Shown here piece by piece: positions 40,701 through 52,700 of a DNA stretch of 64,000 bases. The DNA is from Botryllus schlosseri (Eukaryota), in assembly GCA_051294905.1 (NCBI GenBank), contig CM119372.1:20090001-20154000 (forward strand), in the 5' to 3' direction. The notes beneath the pieces were generated by a model. The model did not search any database. It was given only the letters and a program-made list of their open reading frames with translations, and was not told the DNA's origin. Position numbers and translations under genes: made by a program. The stretch's first letter is position 1. Each line of letters opens with the position of its first letter.

Positions 40701-43700
40701 TTTGTGCCGCTTGAACGTGCGAGGTTATAACCACCAAAACTAACTCAAACCAAAACACAAAATTAACCCTAACCCTAACAGCAATCACGATATTAATCAT
40801 TACCCGGACACCAACCCTGACTGTAACTTAAACCGTAAGCTCATAATGTCCAAGGACAGATAATAAAATTGATCATCGCTCAGAAATTCAAACCCGACGC
40901 AAGGGGGCGTAACATCCTTGAATCCTTGGTGAGAATCAATTACACCCAAAAAACGGTCATTCCTGCCTTACTTAGTGTTAGATTCAGAGTGGGAAAAACT
41001 ACCGTAATATTCCATGTATAATGCGCAAAATTTTCACGATTTTTTGCCCCAAAATAGGGGGGTGCGTATTATACATGGACACAACAAGCCTTGAAAAAAT
41101 TTCCTTCGATAAAAAGCTTGAAATCACCCTATTATTCATGTTCGTCTCCAATCGCGCATCACTTTCAGCGATCGCGCACAGTAATTCGTATTATAGTATA
41201 ATGCGCTGCAATTAGCGGGAAGCGTGTTGCTAATTAACGAGAGACGTGTGCAAAAGCACGCGATCTCCTGCTGAGTTGGTTTGCCGTTTGTACGCGAGCG
41301 AAATTAGGTCACTCATAGGCAATTGCGCGCGGCAATTCTCGCTGATTCAGCGCGTCAACAACAGCCCCGAACAATCGCATATATACAAGAGACCATGTGC
41401 GCAAGATATAATCGCTTGCGTAATCAGTCGCATCTCCAACAGACCCGGTGCGCACGACATAACCGTTAGCCTGAGCAATCGCATCTGTAATAGGCGTCGT
41501 GCGGTTCGTTGGCCTAAACTATCTCGCCGCCGGCCTCGCAGGCTTAGGCTGCTATCTACTATCGTTTAGAGACAATGCCAATAATTGTGTAATGATTAGC
41601 AATCGCATATGTAATAGGTCTTGTGCTCAAGATGCCGTGTCGCTAGCCTGAACTATCGCGCCACCCGCCTCGCAGGCTCTGGCTGCTATCTGCTATCGTT
41701 TAATGACAATTCCGGTAATTGTATAATGATTAGCGATCGTTATGCCATGATTGTTTAACAGTGATATCGCAAACCAGAATGACATCGTATACTAAATCGG
41801 AACTATTCATGTACTGAAATGCAGGGTGCGTATTATACATGGGTACAGGCTTTTTTCCAGAATTTGCATGCTATTTTAGGGGTGCGTATTATACATGGGG
41901 GCGTACTATACTTGGAAAATTACGGTATTCAAATCTATTTCTAAGTGGTGATTGGCGATTTGTATTTTCCTATATTCCCTGCTAATCACAACTTATTGGC
42001 CCAAATATTGACGTATACGGTCAGCGGTCAGTGTCACGCAGAACATCAATTTCGTTCTGTGCATAATGACCTCAAGTCGATTACGTGCTTTTTCATAGCC
42101 TAATCTGCCAACATCATTTCAGAGGGGCCGGCAGAGTTTTCCTTGGTCTCGCATAAAAAGCGCTCGTCAATCATAAAAAGTAAAGTATAATCGGGCAATG
42201 GAATTCGCCCGGCATGTACCTGCGTGCAATAGCACCGACGTATCCGTTTTTGATCATAAAATTCAACCACGTTTGCTCGTAATCAATTTGAACGATGGCA
42301 TCGAGCACGGAAAATGCCAGAATCCTACAGATGTTATGACCTGGAAACAAGCAAACACTTTCAACAGACACCAACATTAGCCGAGCGAGCTGGGCAGCAT
42401 ACCGTCGCAAGAATCCTTGCATATCAATTCCATCAAGGCGTCGCCGTAAGTGCGCAAGAGCTTGACGTTGTCTCTCGATAATTTCGAGTAAATGTCCATC
42501 GTCAAGGCCTGAAGTCCGATCAGAGACGTTGATTCCTCTGAAATTTAGAATAGAATTGACAATATTCGAATTTGTGTTAGCTTGTTGTTCAAAGATAACG
42601 TTTTCAGAAGCCCGACCGACATCATAAGTTTGAGCTGATGTGACAGTCGGTATGTAGGTCGCACGTCTCAGCGCTTGCAGCAAAGAATTCGCCAGCGTGT
42701 CCCACGGCAAATTAGAATAACTAATGTTTCTCCAACTCCTTCATCGCAGTCTGTTGACACACTGCGTGATTATGATCAAGTTACTGCTTGTAATTCGGCT
42801 ATTGGACAGCATCTCTTATCCCATCCAGAATGTGCTGATCATTACAATGACAGTCAATTTTCTATACTTGATCGTGGCCGTTCTCTTTTTCATTTAAAGG
42901 TCCTGGAATCTACGATCATAAAGCTACGAAAGCCGATTCTCTGTCGCCAGAGGGAACGCCTCTACGCTCTTGGAATATTTCATTAATGTTATGTGTTGTG
43001 TTTTCGGTTATTTATAACCGAATATGTACTCGCTAACGTTTGTTTTGTACCGTTATTACCGTATCTTGCCCGTCTACTAGTTGTTTGTTATGTTATTATT
43101 ACGTCATACAGACAAAATAGTTCTTACATTTCGAATTTGATTCACCCTATCACTGACGTTCGCTACTGATGAGAGTCGGTCGAAAAGCTTTTAGCGAATA
43201 AATCAACAATATGAGGTTATTGTTTCGCGTTATTCTGAAGTCCTGTACCACAAATCACTTGCTCAGATATCAATATAGCGTATTTTTGCCGATGAAGCCT
43301 ATATTATCGTTCAAAATGTGACAGATGCCTACCAGAACCTCTAATTCAGTGGTTCATAACCTCTTTTAAATATACTCCAAAATTTATGGTTACGCGGACC
43401 CCCCAACCGTGCCCACACCCAAGATAATTTTTTGAAGTGTACAATCGGGGCTTAATTCCGCGAAATCTAGGCCATGACTTTCGCCCTAATTCGTGCCATT
43501 AGTGTTCGTTTCGTCCATGTGGCTACTGTGTCTTGTGGCGAGCACATAAAATTAGACAAAATATGGACAAAGTCAAACATAGTAGGTAGTTTTATAGTTC
43601 GTAGTTGTAAGTTGAACATTGGCCTCACACTTGAACCCAGACCAAAAGGGATCCATGGACACTAGGTTAAGAACCCCTGCTCTAAATCAATGTTGGCTTT

Positions 43701-46700
43701 TTAAAATAGATTTTTTATATCAACCCTGGCTTCCAGTTCGCCATGTGCATATTGCAGTCCAGGAGCAGAGGTGTGAGGATTAGCAGAGAGAAATATTCAG
43801 AGAAAGATTTGCATTTTGGAGCGTGATTGTGCAACGATATAAGACAAACCGGCTTTGTCCTGATCAGCTTTTGGCTTTTGGCACATTTGCATATAATAAA
43901 GTAGTGCGGCGTAAAGGTTTGCTCGCACGCTGGTGCCAACGCCGGCTCGAAGAATCCACTCGATAATATCCTTCACAATAACCTGTCGAGATAATGTATA
44001 TCAAAATTACAAGGTCGCATCCAGGAGGCAGCAATTATGGCTTCATGCAAAATTAATCGGCACATGATATCTAAAAAGAAACGGCGAATATAGAAAATAA
44101 AATCAAGATAACGATCAAAAGCAATATCAATCCCAATCCATTCGATCGTGCGAAGAGATGGTCAGTAACAATGTAATTCTTTGTAGTATTATTTTCACTA
44201 CATGAATATCGGTACACTTTTAGACCTCTACTTCTACAGAACAGTATTTGAAGCAAAACTACTCACTTTTTACACTTCGGATTTATTTAAGTAGACAATA
44301 GTTTTTAGAAAAATTTGCATCACTTGTGCAAGTAAAATTGTCACAACAACTGAGGGAAATAGCCCTTGTTTCATTGGAACAGAATATGTTTTTTTCATAT
44401 CATGCCACGCCATGTCATTAGTCTTTGCTAGCAGTGATGATCAGATGATGTGTCATTCAATTTCCAGTAACTACCTACTCTTTTGTGACTACAGTTCGAC
44501 CGAAACTACTTTTTAAAAGTACTTTTCAGACGTCTCACTTTCCACTTAAAATAGTTTTGTCACATCTTGGAAATAGCTACTTGTACCCGTCATTATTTAG
44601 ACATTTACTGTATTACTTCTAGTTCTACTTAGCACCAATGCAGACTACTTTGATCACTTCTGATCTCACCCACCCGAAACATTGATGAAGATCTAACACG
44701 ACGGGTATCATTTTTACCAACAAATGCCGCGTCCAAATAGAACACAAACTACGGTCGAAACTGCGAAAGAAAGCAATTGTTTAGGAAAAAAATCAGAAAT
44801 TTGCTCACTTGAAGTGAGCTGGCTACGTTTGCCGGGATGGTGGCGACCGGCCCGCCGTGAATAATTTGCGACAAGTTTAGGTCCTTACACGCGGATACGT
44901 CAGAAACGAGGCCGGATCGTCTGAAATTGTATGCAAAATTTAAGGCTCTGTAGAGAAATCTCAAAACTTTGATACAGCGACAAAAAAATATATTCATATC
45001 GTCAAATTAAATCTCCTGAAAACTTTTTGACACTCTCATCAGTACATCTGAACGTCAGTAAATACTGTTAGCCAATTTCAAAACATGGAAAAGTTTTGTC
45101 GTTGAAATGCAAGAATGGCAAGTAAACAGACTCATGAACGCCATATAGCAACATACAGTAAACGGTAACACCAGGGTTGCGATACTGTCCTCAATTCTCA
45201 AATTTTTAACCTGATTTTGATGAAGCTACATTTTCCTTATTCATTAGATTTGTTCTTATTGTGACATGTGTCGTCTGTTTGCCCTTATTTTCGGCAATAA
45301 GGTCATGATTAGGACGAAGTGTAAATTAACATGTCAAAAAGGCCATGGACGGTGATAATAGGACTGGATAAAAGTGTTGACCTTTCTTTATAGTCATCAG
45401 CCACTCAAAGTGTTCGGCTGTTGATAGCTTTTGATCAATGTCGACGGCAATCCTGGGTGGATAAGAGAGACACATTCGACTCAAGTCTTATGTCCATTTA
45501 TACCCAGACGTCCTCTGTAACTACTTTGGCCACCCAAGTTTACCGAGACCAGAACGTCTATCCAGCCTCATTCCCTCACCTTTGGCCTTCGCCGAATCCT
45601 TGACTAGCGAAACAACTTCTCAAATGCGTAATCAGAGTGAGACATATCGGCGCTACGGGCGCTGTCAACTCTGCCATAGCATCTGGATGCAATACGCGAC
45701 ACAGCAGCTCTTGCAGAATATCCAATAGTATCTGAAACAAGTCAGCTGCTTATCAAGATTTAGTCCACGGTCACACTAAACGGTCGCCACCTGTTGCTTT
45801 GCGTCTTTGCTGATCAAGTCCGCCGGGCAAGCGTTGAGAGACACTTGCAACGTGTGGCGCCACGCGTTTAACAGCGCCAGCTTCGAGTGAACGCTTTGTC
45901 TGGTCTGGTTTCTTTCAATGGCGGCGCGGAGTATCTCCTAAAAACGCAAGCGACACGACAATCAGCCTAGACTCCAGACCAGGTGCGAGGCAAATCTAAC
46001 AACTCATAGCTAGGACTGGGGACAACGATTCGGGTTGAGTATTGATTGTAATGATTTGAGTCGAGAATTAGCCTAAGAGTCACTTTGTTCGAGTACCAAA
46101 ATTATAAATTCTTTTTGACAATGAAACATTTCGACACGGTCTTCCCGCCAATGCACCTTGCAACTTCGGTTTATCAAGGGATCAAAAGCATGTAGCTGTA
46201 GCCTGAGGCTACGCATGTTTGCAGAAAAGATGATTTTCCGCAAGTGTAACTGGCATTATTGCCTTCGCAATCGTACGGAACATATTTGAACTTTGAAATT
46301 TGCTCGAACTATGCATGATGCCGTAGTGAACGGAACCCGAGTGTCGAATCAGACAGTTCTAGAATCTTATGAGAGAAATCGCGCAGACAAACTTATACTG
46401 ACGGATACCAGACTTTGCAAAAAAGACACAAAGCTACGATCTAACCTCTACATCACGACTGGCGCGAGCCCGCCTTTCCACATCGTCGTTTCCCTGCAGC
46501 GCGCTAACGTTGGCCTGCAGCAAATCGCTCAGAGCCTGCAAGACAAAGACAGTTTACGGAGCAGGCCTAGACGAAAACACCACTCACCAAAGTACCTTCA
46601 GATCACAATAGACAAGCCCGCTGTCGTCGGTGGTTTCGCACGACCGCATGGCGCCTTCCACGTGGTCCAGGACAAATTCGTCGAGGACTAGAGGCTCGGG

Positions 46701-49700
46701 AAATTCCTGAAAAGCAATGTCAGACATGAAACGACATCGATCGATTTTACTATCGACAAAAATCTGAAACGGAGGCATCCAAATTAGCCATCGAGTCCAA
46801 TAAAACTTCTGCTAAAATACAAAAACTAGCCATTTCCAAGATGGTCAAAGTGGTCATCGTTGGTACTCACGTAGAAGTTGACGCAACGTCGTAATTTTCT
46901 ATTCAAGTAGAGATTTCCAAGCAAGTAAAAAACCCGGGCCTCGATACATTTCTCTGTATTTTCCAATACCCAAATTAGTTTTTTTTCTACGAGGTATCGC
47001 CGTTCTACGTAACTAATTGAAAATACAGACCACAAATCTAATGCATGGATAGCAGGTCGATTGAATCGATGAAAATGACTGAAATCATTAGCGGTTGAAA
47101 ACCGATCACTTGCTTGAATAAAATCCAATTCCTCCAGAACGCGGAGAATCAGCGGCAGGTCGTGCTGCGGAAGCGTGGTCCTGCTCATATTCAACCCGGT
47201 CACGGATGACATTGTCATTTCCAATCCCAGACCGCCGCCGCCAACGGAGCTGGCACCTAGACCGGGAAACGCGGTGGTCGAATTGGCGCTGGTCGGCATC
47301 GCAGACGCAGCCAGCACGGAGGAAGTGTTGCTTTGCTTCTCAAACAATATCTGAAACGACATAAAAGATTTTGTAGCTGTCATGAAGGCGCTCTGCCAGT
47401 CATTCGAAAAGCAATACTAAATATATATCCTACACAAGCATTGCTTCATTCTCACAATCCGCACTGAAAACACATCATAGGAGCCGGTGCGTTGTGTGCA
47501 CAGTAGGGTTGTCCAAAATTTGGAAAATCTTAAAAAGTCTCCGTGATTGTGTCTCATTCTATAGATTATTGATGAAAAACAACAATTAGCCTGAAAGAAG
47601 CTTACAGAAATGCCGTTAAGATTTCGGTCAAAGCGTTTGAAAGTAGCTGCTCAAGAATGGGCGTGCCACCGACCATAGAACGGCGAGAAGACTAGTAATC
47701 AAACAACAACGGCTCTTGATTGGCTAATCGTCTATGCTCCAATGATCACGCCAGCAGCAGCTTGCTGATTAGGTGTTCAAGAAGTCTGCTACCGGCGGGG
47801 ATTCTGAGTGCGCATTGTTAGTATTTTGGCAGGTGGTGATTTAAAATTGATTCAGGACATGTTGAGTTACGAAATACATGATGAACACACAACACCTGCT
47901 TCACAGAAGCTTTTACAGCATGACTGCTTTATTGTGAAGGAAACGGCTGAAGCCTACATGCCGTGTTTTCATCGAGGTAAAGCAAAGGCGCTCATGCAAG
48001 TGTTGAGCGAATTCACCGTTTCAGTACGCATCCATCATCAGTGAATACAAATATAAATAGCTTAACAATGACACTATACTTTGTGTGATCTTATTGGGCT
48101 GAAGTTGTAGTATATAGGTGACGTTTTGAATGCTCTAGGGATTAGCGTAATCAGCCGGTTATGCTTGGCACTTATCAGATGCTTACAGCAAATTGAATGC
48201 ACTTGTAGGCGTTGTTTAAGTCATTAATGAAAACGCAGAAAAGAGGTGGTAATGTACGCACACTCGTACAGGCTATGCTGGATATGGTATCTCAAAGTCC
48301 CTATTGATCCCGCTGAAAAGAGGTGAGAAGAAAAGCACAGACTATGCTGCATATAGTATCCAGCATAGTTTGGATATCATATCCAGCATATAGCCTGTGC
48401 TTACCTTACACCTCTTTTCTGCAGCATTAGTAAGGACTTTGACAACTCTTATAAAGTGAATTCAATTTGCTGTAAGTATAACTGCCAAGCATAACCGGCC
48501 GATTCAGTCGATCCCTAGAACCTTCAAAACTTAAACTATATACTACAACTTGGGTCCAATAAGATCACACATATTAGTCAAGCTTTATATTTGTATTCAC
48601 TGATGATGGATCCCTTCTTAAACGGGGAATTCGTTCACCACTTGCATAAGCACCGTTGATTTTCCTCGTAAAAAACACGGCACGTAGGCTATATAGCCGC
48701 TTCCTTCACAATAAAGCAGTTATGCAGTAAAAGGTTTTGTGAAGCAGGTGTTGTTTGTTCATCATGTATTTCGTAACTCAACATGTCCTGAATCAATTTT
48801 AAATCACCACCTGCCAAAATACTAACAATGCGCACTCAGAATCCCCGCCGGTAGCAGACTTCTTGAACACCTAATCAGCAAGCTGCTGCTGCCGTGATCA
48901 TTGAAGCATAGCCGATTAGCCAATCAATAGCCGTGGTCATAGGCGCTGAACTCTAATTTTCCCTAGGTATGCGGGATCGCTGATGTCACAAAGGGGTGAC
49001 GTCATAGTGCGTCATAATTGACAAATGAGCGTTCAATATCACCTGTCACTTATATACGGTCACAAAATTACGATAGTATTAAGCAGGCGCGCAGCCTGCC
49101 GGCCGCTTGCTGAATTGATTGAATTCATTTCAAATTTACCAAGGTAGCATCAGTTTATTATGGTCACGTGCATGCACCAATGTCGATAATACATCGAGCG
49201 GATCAGCATCTTTGTGTAACGGACTCGCACGTAATTCTTGACACTACGACGACACATCACGCTACTATAGGATTACCAGCGAGTCCGACTACGCAGTCAA
49301 CTCGCCTCGAGAGCAAACGAATACGCATCTGTGGCGACGGTCGACGGCTATTCTCACAAATGGAAAGCCTGTGCGTGCTGGACTCTATTCATTAGTCACT
49401 CTGATTTCAGGGGAGTCAGAAGTTTCGATATCAAGAGCCTGCAAGACAATTTTCTGATTGTTCTGTTTTAGTATTAGCGTTAATCAAAATCAATTACGCC
49501 GCTGTGTGTTCACGATCAGTATGTATTTTAATCAATTGCGTCCATGTTCAATGTCTGAGCCAGTCTGACATCACAATCTCAGAAAACGGGATAGTTTCGA
49601 CAGGCGCATCAGATATCATATTCCGACACAGCAGGAGATGACAATCGCCACATTTCGCCAATAGAAATTGACATTTTTAGTAACTCGAACCTTGAGACAC

Positions 49701-52700
49701 ATCTTCTGATGGTTATGTTCAAGTATTTGCGGAAATCAAGTACGCATGTACGCTCGCGTCGAACATGCTTGCGGATATTCGATGTCATGAAGTTTCGCGA
49801 TGTCAATCTTTAATCACAATCGAAAGTCAAAGCATTCTAGGCACGAGACGCGATCGTTAGGCTAGTGATGATATATTTCGTAACAGGCCTATTGCACACG
49901 CAATTGTGTAGGCCAACGATGGTATCGTGTGCAGGCCAGCGACGGTATAGTGCGCACTGGGCCTATTCAAGATGCGATTCTCCTAGCCAGCGGAACGGGC
50001 TTGATGGAGGCGCGATAAATCAGGCCAGCGACGATTGCAGAGCGCGCGGCAATCAATGACTTCGCAATCATCTCAGCGCGAGATCGCGTTGCGTTACATT
50101 GTGCACAAACTATTCTCGCTAATTGGAAACACGCTTCTCGTTAATTGGCCGTGGCCGCGCACAACACTGATAAAATACAACTTACGGAATTGCAACTGAA
50201 TATTAGCGTCAGAATGGTCATTTCAAAAGGACGGGGTTTTGCTACGCGCGAGAATGTATTGCTGCTGATTTGCTCAAGTGTTCAGCAGCAGTACGAAATA
50301 CATTGCTTAATTCTAAATCGATCAATTCACCAGCCAGTCAGTTACAGGCCTAGCCTAATTCTGGGTATGCCGCATACCCAACAAAATTCCTAGGTATGCG
50401 CGGCATACCTAGCATACCTGAGTTCAGCGCCTATGGCCGTGGTTGTTTGATTACTAGTCTTCTATGGTCGGTGGCACGCCCATTCTTGAGCAGCTACTTT
50501 CAAACGCTTTGACCGAAATCTTAACGGCATTTCTGTAAGCTTCTTTCAGGCTAATTGTTGTTTTTTATCAATAATCTATAGAATGAGACACAATCACGGA
50601 GATTTTTTAAGATTTTCCAAATTTTGGACAACCCTAGTGCACAGTAAAGTTCAGAAGGGTGCACCGAATGGTAGTAAAAAGTAACACATGTTAAAATTAA
50701 AGAGATTAATTGATTCAATTTTTAGTAGTGATCTTGACCACAATGCTAAGGTGTACGAACTTTTCGCCAGGGTTGTAACCAAGTCACAAGGCTCCGAGTC
50801 ACAAGTCAATCTCACTTTTATAGTTTTGACTCTAGTCAAGTAGAGTCACCGAGTCAAGTCCGAGTCCAAGTCAGCGATCAGAGGGTGGAGTACGAGTCAT
50901 GGTATTATGACTCGAGTCCGAGTCATTGTGTTGACTGCGTAGTTTCCAGTTAAAGTCTCGTTAACTCACTTTTTATAACTCTGTTTGGTGATATTGAACG
51001 GTTCGCATTTATAATTTACTGATTTTTATCACTTTTAGCAGTTTCTGGTTGTATTTTCAAGTACCAGTACCAATAGACGATATCCCAATAGTGTGGTAAC
51101 TTTGCTATTCTTATAAATTACATTCAAACGTAGGTCTTGGCCGTCTCAGTCTCGAGTCATATGACTTGGTTCGAGTCACGCGCAATGACTCGAGCATAAG
51201 TCGAGTCAACACACAGATTGACTAGAGTCGAGTCAATTCCAAATTTTTCGAAAATGACTTGAGTCAAGTTTATTCATCAGAAAACCGTGACTCGTGTCGT
51301 TGCAACCCTGCTTTTCGCGGACCAGCAACGAGCTCGTCCTGGAACACCAGCGATCCGCCGATTGCCGACCACTGCCGTAACGGGACATCTAAAGACAAGC
51401 ACGCATAGCGGAACCGGCAAGCAAACCTGTATCAAACGTTGCGTGTGAGATCGCTGCCTGTTCGCAGCAGTCGAAAACAGTTCAATGGCGGTCGTTCGCA
51501 AGAGCCACGATTGCTGGAGCAGAAGTTGATTTTCTTTCACGATTCCTGAAACAAGGCGTCAAACAGGACGCTCGCTACGTCAGCGATAATATTCAGGCAA
51601 AATCTCACCTCCTGCTTTGAAAGGCAAATGCTGCAAGTGCCGATATACGAAGTCGTGCGAAGATCTTAAATACCTAGAAAACCCAAGGGTTTACAACATA
51701 CATGGCCGGCATATTGAAACATTTGCACATGTACAGTCTAGAACTAGATCATGCGTCCTTGAGCTCCATTGATTTTAAATTTGACTTTTCAAAAGAAAAA
51801 AAATGAATTTCAAATTTGAATTCGAAGTAAAGATTGGATTTTACGCATGATCTAACGTAAATTCGAATTTTCATAGGAAAAATTGGATTTTACCTTTGGA
51901 TTTGTAGAACAGATTCGGTATATCCGCGCAGACTGACAATTATCAAAAAATCCAAATAGCTTCCATCGATAACCGAAAACCAGCAAACGCTCCGGCACGA
52001 AATCCAACCCAAACTCATACATAATTTTGTGCGTCTCACCTAAGAACGGGACCCGTGGTATCAGCGTTTGCCGACAATCTGTAAACCAGTTGATAGCACA
52101 ACTCGGCCGTGGCCGGCGTCTCAGTAACGGCCGCGGGCTGAGCGGGCAGGCTGTTTTTCCCAATTTCTTGCCCAAACAGAAGAACCGACAGGACGGAATG
52201 TAAGCAAGTCCTCGGAGAGTCCATGATGCCGGCATCCTGCCGTCGAGAAATAACACCTATGTGACGCGCGGTTACATATGGTGGTTAGGACGATATTGCT
52301 TTACCTGAAGGCTGGACTTGCATATTGGCTTTGTCAAGTTAAATCCGAGGAAGAAATGCGACAGGTTCGGTGCGGGCAGGTCGACGCAAAGGAGTAGCAA
52401 ACGGAGTATCGTCAGGCGGCATCGACTGTGGCACAACGCAGTCGGATCGTAATCTGTAAACATTGAATATGAATTGACTGCACAGACTTGGTGCACGCAT
52501 CCCCACTAACTATGACACAGAATTCCAAAAATACACGAACTCGCGATTTGAATTGAATTGACAACTCCTACCTTTATCATCGTCTTCGTCGATTTCCGGA
52601 TGTGCGCTCTCGATGACCTCCACGAATCCGTGCAGTATTCTCTGCTTGGTTTTCGTGTCGGAAAGCGTGGTCAGAATCGAAAATACCTCGCGCTGTGTGG

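Noticed and set aside
42171..42710. 179-aa minus-strand ORF as a separate gene
   Set aside because: It is a composite of the antisense Penelope fragment, an out-of-frame Nup205 exon (42403-42537) and the in-frame exon 42220-42340.
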